The notes: generated by a model not told the origin, from the sequence alone. A stretch of 55,702 nt of DNA, filler included, from Sluysia triapertura (GCA_046118255.1; 4 parts of 4 records of this genome joined end to end with filler, not necessarily neighbours in it), one strand, 5' to 3'; shown: positions 39,910 through 53,290, counted from the first letter of the whole stretch. Numbers and translations: made by a program.

Positions 39910-42900
39910 AATAAAACTCTTGAAACTTTTATATAAAAATCAAGCATAAAATTTTTTTAAATGTTTTATGAAGTCATAGCTGATTTAATCGGCCGTTCAT
40001 ATTTTTTCAGCTATTAATGTTGGCGTGGTATGTTCGATATCACACCATTTATAGTAACAGAAATAATAAAAATGAGTAAGTTGTAGAAACCTGGTAAAAT
40101 ATTTATTACTATATTTATCACTACTATTTATTACTTATTATATTGATTATTATTATTATTGCAAGTGTTTTTCCTAATTAAACTATTATGCAAAATAAAA
40201 TAATGGGTCAGCCTAGGGTAAATGACCTAAATCCTAATGGAAGGAATTTGATTCAGTAACTTTGAATAATTCACAATTCTACTTTATCTGAGGCTACTTT
40301 CGGCATAATCAAGCCGTAACCATTAGAATAAGTTCTCTCAGGATAAATTAAATCAAGACATTTAATGACAGTCAAAATAATAAAATACCTATAAGGATTT
40401 AAGTTATCTACCATAGACGGATCCTCCATTCATTTTTATTTCGTAAGTCGCAAAAAGCACATTCGTATTTATCTTTGTATAAAATTTTTATGACAGATTA
40501 ATTGTAAAATGATCTTATAATTACAAATTTATAAACAAAAAGAGGACCCTTATATGTAATTGGTAGGTATAAGTAAATTAAAATTTATAACGCAAATAAA
40601 ACAGAAGAGTTATAGAATTATATCTATTTTTACTTTAAATTTATCAATTTTAGTTGGGGATACACCGGACCCTATTAAAATTTATTTTGCGTTGGTTAGT
40701 AATAAGAAAAACCACAGCATATTAAAATCAAAGATGAGAAAATTAAATGCACAATAATACTGAACCACAATAACTGAATATTTCTCAGATTAATTTTCTT
40801 TTTATGATTTTAACAATTTTAACGGGATTTTGATCTATGTTGACGAAGGAATAAATTATATGAATTAAGTTATATATTGAAAATGAACCAAAGCACGTAT
40901 TAAGTAGAAAAGTTTATAATAAGATACATAAAAATGTAACAAATTCATTTCAGAATATTAAGATTATATACATATATGTATTTGTATTTTTTGTATTAAT
41001 TTATAAAATATTATAATAATTAAAAATTAAAATAAAATAAAATTACAAAAATTATAAAAGTAATAAGGAGTTTATGAAAATATATAAAATAAAATGATCC
41101 ATTAAAAATGGAGTTTAGGAAAATAAATGAAATAAAATAGTCCAATAAATTAATGGATTTTTGTAAATAATAATATAATAAATTAATGGGTCCTTTTTTA
41201 GACAAAATAGAATAAAATAATCCATTAATTAATGGATAATAATGGGTTTAAAAAATAATATAAATATCAATTTCTTCATAATTATGACACAATTTTTTCT
41301 TTGGTTTTCAAGTTGAGTTTACAATGACTAAATTTTCATTTATATGTGAGAAATTTAGAATAAAATCGATATTTTATTGTGAGTTCACCAACGTACTGGC
41401 TTACCAGTTAGGGCCAGCCGTTGGATTTTTGATAAATTAAAAGAAAGTCTCAAAATGTAATGTGCACTAAAGACTTTTAGCTGTTTGGAAACAAATGTGT
41501 ATTAAAAACTTTTAGTCTTCTGGAGGTAAATAAATTTTAAGAGAATTAATATTAATAAGCAGACTTTTCGTTGATTCCTTTATACGGAATCTTTAAAAAT
41601 TATTTTACCTAGCTAGAGGTAAATTCTAGCGGTTGGAAGCATGTGGCAGTTGAAGCTATATAATTTATAATAATGAAAATCCAAAGGAGTTGATATAATT
41701 TATTCTTGAAAAATGTTGTATAGCAATACAATAATATAAATGTCTATTTTACGTAAATTAACTGTGTAAGTTAATTTCCTATCAACAAATTTTAAAAATA
41801 ATATTATGTGTATAGATCTATGAAAAGATCCAACAGTTAAATTAAATAATTTAAGTAAGATTTTCGTATGATACTATGCAGTAACTACCTTAAAAATAAT
41901 TAAACTAACGTGGTTTATAACAATAAGTTTTTAATCGTATAAAAATATTCAAGTCGTATTGATCTGCCAAAATATACTGAAATTCGAGTTGTAATTGAAA
42001 ATTATATTTTTTTAAAATATGTCCAAGTTCTGAAATTTGCTGGTTTAAGTAGTATCAATTCGGCCTTGACCCGAATGAAACAAAATTAAAAATCTTTATA
42101 AAAAATTTTATAAACCACGTTAATTAACTAAGATTCAAAAGTTTTAACTAAAATTAATATTCTAATATTTTAAAAATTTTAATATTCAAAATAAAAATTA
42201 CAAAATCAAAAATTACTTTTTAAAAGTAAAAATTCCAAATTTAATAATGAATTCGATAATAAAAATTCAACAATTATAATAAATGTATAAAATCAATAAT
42301 TTTTAAGCAATTGTAATAGATGTATAAAATCAATAATTATTCGATTTGGTGCTATATTTACAAGTACTGTGTTCAAATGTGTATTTAGATGATGATGCGT
42401 TTACGTATTTACATATAATTTTTGATCCATTTTTAATACAATGATCCATTACAATAAATCGACATCATCTTTGAGCTTGATCAACATAGTTTAAAGTGAT
42501 TGTTATCAATTGAAGATTTTTGAATTCGTCAATATTAGTCTTCAACAAACTAATTCAAATTATTTGTCACATACCAATTAATTTTACAAAACTCAAGTAG
42601 TAAGTACGTCTTGAATAGTTTGAATTGTTATAGAATCATAAGTGTGAGAAAAGTTTGACTAATTTATTACATTAACTTTAATTATTCACATATCTTGGAG
42701 TTATACCTCCATAAGTCGCAGACTACGAGAGAGAACATAATATTATTAATCTATTTTGCATACGTTTTCGTAAGAAAAAACAGCAATAATTACAAAATAA
42801 TTACAATTTGAGTACAATATTAACTCTTAATAACGAAGGTAAAATCTTATAAAATTAAAACGTACAACTTAAAAGTGAGAATTAAAGAATCATGAGATGT

Positions 42901-44167
42901 CGAATAGTATGAATCTAATGCTGTCTGGCCCAAAGTCCTTTGTCGATAATGCAAAATCAATCGCCTGTCTTTCTTTGTCGAGTAGATGGAATGATATTGT
43001 TGAAAAGAGTTGAGTCGTACATACCGTCGGAATTGGCCGTTGAATCGATGCTGATTGAAGATTTAGAGGTTGAAGAAGAGAGCGAAGAAGCAGAACAAGA
43101 AGTTACTAAATAATTAGCTGCAGGAAAGGAAGTAGATGAAGGGAACAGTTCAGTAAAAATGACATATCTTTTTAGAAATTAAAATCAAAAAGAGACACCA
43201 TGTCAAAAGCGAAACGGACCTGGAGGAAATTCATGGAACAAATGATTTCAAATTATTATTTTTAACCAACCAAGATGTATATTATTATGCACCGACATAA
43301 TGCAACCAAGATCCCGCCGTGAAAACACTCAACCAGTATTGGCAGATTTTATCTTTCACTCAGTCTTTCTCTTTTGAGCATGTTGGTCATGTAGGAAATT
43401 CTTAATACACAAACCGAGTCTAATCTTAGTTTTAAAATGAAATTGTCTATGATATGGAACAAATTATGAGTGAAAGCCACAAATAAAATTTTCTTTTCGT
43501 CCTGCGCAGAAATAAAGGGAACATGTATAAAGTATGTCGTGATATTGGATATCAGATTCGTAAAGAGCCAGCAAAAGGAATTGCTGTCCGACAGGAGGCA
43601 AGGGAAAAAGCAATACTTTGTACTTCGGATAGTTTTACTCTTCATTGTTAAAGGTACACTTACTCGTGAAAAGGAAATGAACCATAAGAAAGAGAGGGAC
43701 CATATCCATCACGAGCCTCTGCTATGTACAATGCATCAAAGTATAATGCATTATGAGTGTTGGGTATTTGTTCAAAGCAATTGAAGGTTGTGGAATGGAA
43801 AGAAAAAAGATGTGAGTTTTATGTTTACTTATGTGTACTAGATCAGTTTTGGAAACCTTACATTTTCTTAAGAAAAGGGTGGACGCTTCATGTTTGCTTT
43901 CAAAAGATGTTGTTGCTTATAGAAGTATATGAGTTTGCATCTACAACGATTTCGATTTTGTGATTGAGTTAGACATGGCAGAAAGTTAGATTTTGGTCTC
44001 TCTATAGCGAAAAGGCTGATATTTTATTTTAGAGGAGGTTGAATTATTTCAACTTCGGTATTTGCATCTAGCACATTCGCACGATTAATGTGTTGTGTCT
44101 TTTAATACTTTTATTTTCCCAAATTATTAAATCAAAACTCAATAATTAAATAAACTCAAAACCTCAG

Positions 44168-44267
44168 NNNNNNNNNNNNNNNNNNNNNNNNNNNNNNNNN
44201 NNNNNNNNNNNTTAATTAATTAANNNNNNNNNNNNNNNNNNNNNNNNNNNNNNNNNNNNNNNNNNNN
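44168..44267. other. Artificial assembly linker
   Basis: Same 100-nt structure. Confidence 0.98.
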
Positions 44268-44418
44268 TTGGTGAATGTAAGTTAGTAAAGTGTTATGATT
44301 GTGTATTGTTGTTTTATGCGGTGAGTTGTGTGGTGATTATAGCTGCATAGTATGATTGTGATTAAAATTATTTTAGTGAAGTTATTTTCAAGCTTAAATT
44401 ATGGGGTTGGCCACTACA
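44268..44418 (-). repeat. Family A-related 5' end, truncated by the linker
   Basis: Reverse complement starts TGTAGTGGCCAACCCC followed by C/A-rich sequence. Confidence 0.5.
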
Positions 44419-45100
44419 TAACTGACTTAGTATTTTCCAAATCAGAAAAATCAATTAATTAGTCGACATTCTTCATTTTTTACATTAATTTTTTAAAAAT
44501 CTGCGATATTAAAACGATTTTATTAAAATTGTTTTTAATTTAATTATTTGTTACTTAATGTTTTATTTACATTTGATTTTTGAATTATTTTCTTCTTTGC
44601 CGATTCCATAGTTAATGAAAATTGTAAATTTAATCATCCAATAAGTTACAAGTTTAGCTAATATTTGTGAACAAATTATATTTGTTCTTTTTTTCTATTT
44701 TAAGTTATAATTAAATTCAAAATGGGCTCTATTTCATGACACTCATATTTTAATTAAATTTAATGGATTTAGATACATTGATTTTAATTCAATAAATCCA
44801 AGTATCGATTATTTGTATAACTATTAAAATAAACAATAAATATATAAAATGATAAATGTAAATATTAATAAACTTTTATAATATGTTTTATTTTATTAAT
44901 TAAAATAGTAATGTTGGATAATTAAAAAATTAAAATAAGAATTATCTGTTCATGTTTACCGATGGATACAAAACAAACTATTTTATTAGTTGTATTTATT
45001 TCTCCGAAATATTGAGCTGAATAGAAAAATGATTATATAAAATGTACTTTCATAAAAAAAGTATCCAAATTATTCATGTATACTGTTAGACTTCGTAAAA

Positions 45101-45171
45101 TGGACTGACCGGATTCGAACCCGGGACCATCGCTGCGCAGTTCGAATGCTCTACCAATGAGCTATCAGCCC
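45101..45171 (-). tRNA. tRNA-Ala-like gene (TGC-type, irregular anticodon arm), divergent partner of the 45275 copy
   Basis: GGGCTGA-TA-GCTC-ATTGGTA-GAGC...CCGGGTTCGAATCCGG-TCAGTCC-A followed directly by TTTT; G3.U70 kept; T arm is one base short and the anticodon stem pairs poorly. Confidence 0.5.
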
Positions 45172-45274
45172 CCGTCTAACAATTTCATTTTCAATATATT
45201 CAATTATACTACTTGGCACTATACTACGTGCCAAGTAGTATAATTGAATATATTAAAAATGAAATTGTTAGATG

Positions 45275-45345
45275 GGGCTGGTAGCTCAGTGGTAGAGCAT
45301 CGACTAAGCAGACGATGGTCCCGGGTTCGATCCCCGGTCAGTCCA
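45275..45345 (+). tRNA. tRNA-Ala-like gene (AGC-type, irregular anticodon arm; may be a pseudogene or SINE head)
   Basis: Acceptor GGGCTGG/TCAGTCC with G3.U70 and A73; A box TAGCTCAGTGG; perfect T arm CCGGG-TTCGATC-CCCGG; anticodon arm TCGAC-TAAGCA-GACGA has a 6-nt loop and one mismatch. Confidence 0.6.
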
Positions 45346-45607
45346 TGGATAAGCCGCGGCTTATATGTATAATATCTTTAATAATGTAACTGCTAAACAA
45401 AAAATCGAACTTATTATTATTATTATCATTATTATTATTACTATTATTATTATTAATTTGTCGTCTGGCAAGATTTTCAAAGATTATAAAATATTAGATT
45501 TTATTTTTTTGAAATTTTGCTTTTGATTTTGTAAACTTAGAAATTTCTAAATTCGAAGTCTGGTTTGGCTACATGACTTTCTTTGAATTTATTAAATGAT
45601 CTTTCAT

Positions 45608-45638
<31 letters not shown>

Positions 45639-48600
45639 TTTTTAATACAAGATGAATCGGTATTACATTTTGTTTATAACAATTATTTTTGCTTACTGTA
45701 CATATTTTCTTATATATCATGCTTATTAAATGGAATGATTGTCTGAAATGTTTTGTTATTTTTCTGTACAAAAACCTATTTAATTTGATTTTCAAATTTT
45801 AATCTGTAAAATTAATTCATGTATTTTTATCTAAAATAATTCAAGATGCAATATTCGTAATGAAATCGATTAGTATCGTTTACTTGTAATATTATTATAT
45901 TGTTTGTCTTGTTTGAATATTAGTAATGAATTATTTAAAAATCTTCATGACCGTTTCTAGTTTTTTACTTTAAAAAATACTATGAAATTATATTGATTTT
46001 TTTTACTGTTTTATAATATGACTTTTCATTTTATATTTAATTTTGTAAAATCTAAACAAAAATCAAACAAGTCAAATTTTGCGGATATACTTAATGAACA
46101 ATGTTATAAGGAAATTTCAATAGTACAAACAACGGTCACAAGTAATATGGAAAGTTCAAGAAATAAGTATGGATAATAAGGAGATAAGCACGAATACAAT
46201 AATTAAAAAGAACGAAAATAGTACAAAGAATTTCTTTGTATTGACACTTAATTTTTATCATAATATACATGCTATTTACTATTTATTATATTCTTACTTG
46301 TAATAGAATCTTAAGAGCTAATAATACCGGTGATTGTATGAATAGGTATCCATAAAACCTTAGTAGTTTAGTACGTTTGTGATCCTATTTTATTTCCATT
46401 TAATCCTCTACAAGTTATATTTAATTCCAGCGAAAACACAAATAAACGCCCGACTCTTATTCTTCTAACAATTATGATTTTAAATACGGATTCGTCTGCG
46501 GTATACGGTTTATAACGTAAAGTAGACGCATCCATAGAAAATGACTACGAAAGAAATTTGCCTAATATCGCTAATGAAAGTCACTTTAATTCTTTAATTT
46601 TCTAAATTAAACAAGTGGTCTGTCAACTTATCAAATTGTTAATTCGTGTAACAATTTTAATTCTAACGTCAAATATGTCTATGATCGTACTCTTATTTTA
46701 AATCTAAAGATTCTTTAAGTCAATTTATGCTCAATTACGTTTATTATTATGTTTGTGTAATTCTGTCTTCCAAAAATTATGAAACTCAAGTAAATTTATC
46801 TTATTTTATGTTATCAAATAAACAATAATAATAACAGTACGTAATTTTTTCAAATAATAATTAACGAACAAAAGGTCAATAAAATTATCAACGAATTTAC
46901 AAACAATGGAACAATTATAATAATAATAGGTTAACAAAAGAAAAATAATCTTTTTCTAATTGTAAACAAAGAATTTTGGTTGAGTTTAATACTTGGGTGT
47001 AAAAATTAAATGATTTTGCGTAAGATTTTAAGGCTAAATGTATTAAAGCCTAACTTAACAATAATTATCTTACTGAAATTCTGATAAAATATTCTCCAAA
47101 ATTGATGCAATTAATATTGTCCAATTTTCTCAAAGTCGTCCAATTTCCAAATCGATTCAATTAGTGTTATCTATTTTCAAATTACTTCTAAAAGATCTAA
47201 GTCCAAATAAATTCTGGCGAATAAAATGATGAATATCTCGTTGACCAAATTTCAAAAAATCCGAATATCACGACGATAACACCTTCTTGTTTAAACGTTT
47301 ATAAAAATTCCTTCACTAACTTGTGTGTTTTGTTTGCCGTATTTATATTTATTGATGATGGACCATAACTCTTCTTGATATCATAAAATATTTTTATTTA
47401 TCAGAATTCAATAATAGAATTGTTTTTTAATGATGAATTCTTAATGTCATAAAATATTTTATTTATAATAGAATTGTTTTTTTAATGATTTTAATGATAT
47501 TTTTATTAGTTTTCTTTATGAATTAACTTTTGTATAATAATTTTAGAACACAAACATTAAATAATTTTTTAGATACAATTTTTTCAAAGTTTTTAATACA
47601 ATTTCAAAAATAAAATTTTTTAATATTTTATCAAAATTAATATTAATACAAAAATTAATATCAAAATTAATACAAAATTTACAAAGATTTTTAATAAATA
47701 CAATACCCAAATCGAATTTAAATTATTTATCTATTAATTTAATTACATTTATTTTATATTATAGTTGTATTATAGGCATACTTCGCATATAATACAGTGG
47801 TAGTAATATGTTCCGAACTTGAAGATAATGATGGGTCGGTGAATATAAAAATCCGAAATGTAAACATTTTCTTATCGGATCATCTTCGACAGATGTCAAT
47901 ATTTATGTTAAATTAATGCTGAAGATGCAAAGGGTTAAAAACTGAATGTCTCAAATGCTAAATATTTGAAAACATTTAAAAACAGGACTATTTAAAATAA
48001 AAATTCAACTATATCGTTGTGATTTGCTACTTTAAAAAAATTTTAATTGTAAAAATATGCTTTTATTTTGTGTGATATAGTTATGCTATTTTCGAAATCT
48101 AGTAGCCGAAATAAAGTGGTTATCAATAAAAGATAATACGGATGTTCATAGTGAAAAATTGAAGTATTGGCTTTATTTAGATTCTATGAGAATAAGAAAA
48201 TCTTCATAGCGTTTACATTTATATTTATGAATGAGGAAGATTTATGACGACGAAGATTATCAAGCGTATTATTTATATAATCATATTATTAGATAAAACG
48301 ATAAAGAACATAAAAATAGTCATGAAACAGGTGAAACTAAGGTTTGATGCTTATAGGTTAATAGCAATATCACAACAGAAAGTCCAGTACAGATCAACTA
48401 TGCTGGGATTTACTAACTTTTGCGGAAGATATTAAAGTTTACGAATTTGTTTCACGAAAAGCAGGATTTTAAAGATCTAGATCGTCAATCGCCACTTGAA
48501 ATTAACAAATAGCTTAAGTTAATTGATGAAATCGATTTTAAAGAACGTCAATGACACATCGAATGTGTTACTTCTGTTGTAAGTTTGAAAATGGTAACAA

Positions 48601-48718
48601 TCTTTCAGATCCGGAAGATCTTATTTTGTCTCCAGTATATGTTTACCAATAAACTGATAAATAGGTGAATAAATATAATAATAATAATAAAAATAAAAAT
48701 AATATTAATATTAATAAA

Positions 48719-49422
48719 TGTGGTGGCCAACTTATTTCCCTAATGAGTTTTATAAAAATTACATAAAATTTCACTAACCTAATAATCATTCTCAAAATCT
48801 ATAAATCACCTTCAAAAATCAACAGAAAACAACATTAACCTAAATTAACACATTCTACATAAAACCATACTTTTAAACATTTTAATACTTCCAAATTTAA
48901 CTCTTACATCCACTAAAAACATCTTCATCCTTTAAAACCAATTAAACCCACAATCTCATAACATTCAAACCAGAATCACATTCAATACCATCAAATTACA
49001 TTAAAAATTCATTTAAAGTATTTTGTCTTTTATCTCAAAACAATGCAAGTACAATCACATTCGAAATTAATCAATAGAGATTTTCAAAGCAATCCAAACA
49101 TTAAATCCTGACAACCAAACACGACTTTATTTCAAAACACCAGTTCATATTCATCACTCATTTTAACGTTTACACTTAAGTCATAACCTTTTGCACCCTA
49201 TTAGATCTTCAGTATCTAAAATTTCCTTAAAACTAGAAAACATTAGTTAAAATTTATATTAAAACGCATTACGCATTATTTTATATCTTTAAGCCGTAAC
49301 ATCGGAAATTCACAATTCTTTAAAGTTTATTGTTCTTATAAATTTTAGATATGTTAAGGAAAGTAAAAGAAAGACATAAAGATCATGTTGTTTATTGCGG
49401 GACAAGGAGTTCATGTGTTTTT
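48719..49422 (+). repeat. Dispersed repeat family A, copy 2
   Basis: Colinear with 6793-7495, same TGTGGTGGCCAAC start. Confidence 0.8.
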
Positions 49423-49909
49423 AGGATAATAATAATAACATTTTATTATTATTATTATTATCTCCATTTTTAATTTTCATTATTTTTGTTAGTAAAATTA
49501 TTTCGTAACTACCACTACCAGTAGTGATTACATAAGATTTACAATTACACTTAATGTCACCACTGATAGTGGTTCATACATCAATCATTCAATTCTTGTT
49601 CTTTATTATTGGTCGTCCAACCAGATTTATTCTAATTACTATTTTTATATTTTCTGGTTGGATGGCCAATCAGGTTGATGTTTGCTATAAAAGGTTTTTT
49701 GATATTATTATATAACCAATCAATGATTACGGTAGCACAAATTTTTGGCTGTATCAAAAATTGTTAATTCCTTAAAAAATTTTACGCATTAAAATTTTCA
49801 GATTAAAAATAACGAAAAAGATTTTTGTTTAATTACAATTTGGCAGCAATTTTAAACTTGTTAGAAAACGCAATTTATATAAATTTATCGATTTTGCTAA
49901 TAAGTAATT

Positions 49910-50849
49910 GTGTTAAAAAATATGTTTTACGTTAAAGTTATTAATGCTACAGATGATCAGAATACAGTTAATGAATTTAATAATGTAAACTTTCAAGCAC
50001 ATAAGGATGAAGATCAGTATAACATGTTTAACATTAGTAAAGATGATAAAGTTCCAGTTATAATTGCTCAAGATAATCAGAATAAAGTTGATGACAAGTA
50101 TAACAACTATCAAATATGCAATTATAAAGATAAGTTTAACCTGATCGACAGCAGTAAAAATGATAATGTTTCAGTTATAAGTGCAAAAGATGATCAAAAT
50201 AAAGTTAATGATGTTGAATATAACAACTATCAAATATGTAATTATAAAGACAAGTACAGCCTGATTGACAACAATAAAGATGATAATATTCTGGTTATTA
50301 ATGTTAAAGACTATAATTTCGAGCATATAATTTTGAAGATCAGTATAATGCGATAGTAGAGATGATTTCCGAAATAACAATCTTGAAGATGACAGTGGCG
50401 AAGTCAATAATGTCGAAGTCAAGTATTGTGAGGCTAGAAGTGATAACCCGAATGACAATAAAGATAACAGTGTTGGAGATGAGTTTACGAAAACTAAGAA
50501 GAAGAAAGATATTCATTATCAAGTCAAAAACATTAAAGAATATGATGGTTTCTTTCGCCGTTATGAAGATAATTTTTACAAATTTAAACAGTGCAAAGTT
50601 AAATTTTTTAGTATTCATAAAAATAATAAATATCTTTTCGAATTTATTTATTATAAATTAATTGTATTTAAATTTCTTAATGATAATAATATTTATACTG
50701 GTGATAAAAATAAATCTAAGGTTAACGAAAGATATAACAATAGTAATGAGTATTTATGTTCACCTAATGATTATAAACGTAATGACCCTCGACTTAGAGA
50801 TAATGAGCATGGATATTACATGTTCAATAAACAAAAATTACTCATCTAG
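49910..50849 (+). pseudogene. Decayed N/D/K-rich ORF with internal ~120-nt tandem repeats
   Basis: Repeated YNNYQICNYKDK..LID..KDDN..VI units; a further stop-free frame 50349-50849 lacks an early start codon; upstream GGCCAATCAG and TATAAAAGG at ~49663-49694. Confidence 0.4.
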
Positions 50850-51304
50850 CTGCTCTGTGTCCAGCTTCTACTGATAATACAAGTATTTGCTTAATGCGTG
50901 GAGTGTTCTGTACTTGACCAATAATATTAACAATATAGAATATCTTTCTAAATAAGTATAAAAACTTCTAATATAGTTAAAAATCAAACATAGCTTCTTT
51001 GAAAAATTTAGAATTTATTCGGAATTTTCATTATTTATCGTCTTTAGATACTTCTTTAGACGTACATTCAACTGAAGTATTATGTTCATGAACCTTTTGT
51101 GCTTTTTTATGCATTTTTAAGCTTCTGATCGATTTTTCCTAGTCTTTCAAATGATGATGGCGATAATCAATCTCAAACATTCTTTTTCTAATTCGTCGTT
51201 TCCCCAAATTTGTAGACACTTAAATTTTAAATTTAAACCCTCTAATTAAATAATGATAAATTTAAACCCTCTAAAATCATATAAAATACTTTATTTATAA
51301 ATCT

Positions 51305-52552
51305 CTAACACTAAACACACCGTCGGTCTATCTATAGATATTCTTACCAACACGGGCCAAATGACCCATATCTATAAAATCATATCTTTTATGTGATACA
51401 TCCAATTTTTTCATTTGAACCTGTTGTATTTATATCAAATTAAACTATTACAGTTTATCCTTATCTTGATTTAAAATAGAAAAATAACAAATCAGTATAT
51501 TTTTTAGACAAAAACATATATTGAAACAGATACATTTAATAAAAATTAAACATATGAAAACATTTCTGATTATTTTTACATACAAAAATAAAAGATAAAT
51601 CAATTTAATGGCTTTATCGTATTTGTGGTAAATAATGAAATATTTAGCTCTTATCGGTTTCCATGCATTATTTTACATCTTATAGGGTTTTCAGGAGCAC
51701 TTTTGCTACATACATATTTACTGCATTTAGAACAGATTGTTGTTGTTTTGTTTCCATTGCAATATTTTATCTGGCACCGCTGTCATGCAGATGAATCCGT
51801 AGATAGTTTTGCATTTCTTAGATTTTCTTTTTCCTCTTCTTGGACATCTTTGAAATTTTCTGCCAGCTCTTAGGCTGGTTTGAATAGAAACTTTTGCTTC
51901 CATATGATTCTTGCCAGATCCAAAATATTGAAAAAAACTTGTAACGACCATCTTCGTGATTTAGATTTTACGGTATATTTTCTTGCCATTAGATGTGACA
52001 CATCAACACCACATTTAGTATTGCTGTAGAACCTGATTGTGTCAGGTTCACACTTAATAGTGTCTTCAATTTTGATAGATTTATGCTTTGAACTAAGTAG
52101 CTTTACTTTTGAATAGTTTATTTGAATAAAGGGGTATGTAATCCTTCGCCTGTTTGGCAAACTTAGGTAATTCTTTTTGTTCACCTGGATAGTCCCGGCA
52201 ACTGTGCAGCCAGAGATAGACCTGTAAAAGTTATACCTATACATGTATATGTGATAACATTTTTTATTAATATATTTTACATTTATAAACATTATAAGTA
52301 TTTATGTTACATAAAAACATAATGAAAACCTCAGGTTTGCATAGAATTTAAATCAGGGTCAATTGACCAATCACGGTAGTTTATGAAACGTTGCATTTTT
52401 TTCTTAAAAGAAGCAGAAGTAAAAAACGTTATACGAAAAAGAATGAATTAATGTTTTAAGAACATTCATTGCAAAAAATAAATAATTGGTAAAAAATCAT
52501 AGAATAACCCTTAAATGGGTCATTTGACCCGGCATGGTGTGTTTACTGTTAA
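51305..52552 (-). mobile_element. Internally deleted piggyBac (PGBD4-like) element with both TIRs
   Basis: PDTIRFYSNTKCGVDV..YTVKSKSRRWSLQVFFNILDLA and a Cys-rich C-terminus; TIRs cTAACACTAAACACACC (51305) and GGTGTGTTTACTGTTAA (to 52552); subterminal inverted GGGCCAAATGACCCAT / ATGGGTCATTTGACCC. Confidence 0.88.
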
Positions 52553-52729
52553 AATCACTTAAAAATTAATTATTTTCCAAAAAAGCAATATTATTATTCC
52601 AAAAAAGAAAGCTATTTTTCAAAAATGAAATTATTTTTCGAAAAAAGAAAATTCGTTTCTAAAAATAGAATGTTATAGAATTGCAAGTGTTTTACTTACA
52701 AAAGCTTAAACTTACACTTACAAAAAAAC

Positions 52730-53290
52730 CTGAAGGTTAGTTCGATTAATTAGATACCATTTTAATCTGAGCGAAGACGTTCTAATTAGATTTTCTTAAC
52801 GTAGCGACGAAGCTTACCTATTATTCAATGCAAAGGAAAATGCTTACGGGAGTTCGTATCGGATTATGAGGATTCGTAAAATCTTAAAACGACAAGTAAC
52901 CAATTTATATGTAACGACAGTATTTTTTGGACAAATGTTTATTATTAATTCGTAATTTAAGTCAGCTAGTTACGATCTGACAATATGATATAAGATTTTA
53001 GAGGTTAAGTCAATCTATTACGGTCTGACAAAGTGCACAATAATTTAAACGTTTTAAAGGAAAAACAATTATTAATGTACGGAATATTTATTGTACAAAA
53101 TCTAATTATACAAAGTTTAATTTTGGACTAAATAAAATACAAAGATAAAAAATAATTATATTAATCATAAAGATTTTAAGCCTTACGAAACATCTCATAG
53201 GCTAATGTGATTTTAGATTAAGCTTATATATTCTTCTTAGGGTCTAGAAAAATCAATGTATTTTAAGTCAGATTTAAAAAAACTCTATTA
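52730..53290 (-). repeat. Dispersed repeat family B head (homologous to 6420-6700 and 21540-21870)
   Basis: Reverse complement TCAGATCGTAACTAGCTGACTTAAATTA versus TCAGACCGTAAAAATGCTGACTTAAATTA at 6663; TCTAATTAGAACGTC..TCTAATTAATCGAACT versus TCTAATTAGACCGTC..TCTAATTAGTCGTACT at 21786. Confidence 0.7.

Larger units (their letters stand above)
45100..45346. repeat. 247-bp inverted repeat (foldback) with an 8-nt loop at 45220-45227
   Basis: Inner arms 45175-45219 and 45228-45272 are complementary at 44 of 45 positions; complementarity continues through both tRNA-like bodies. Confidence 0.95.
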
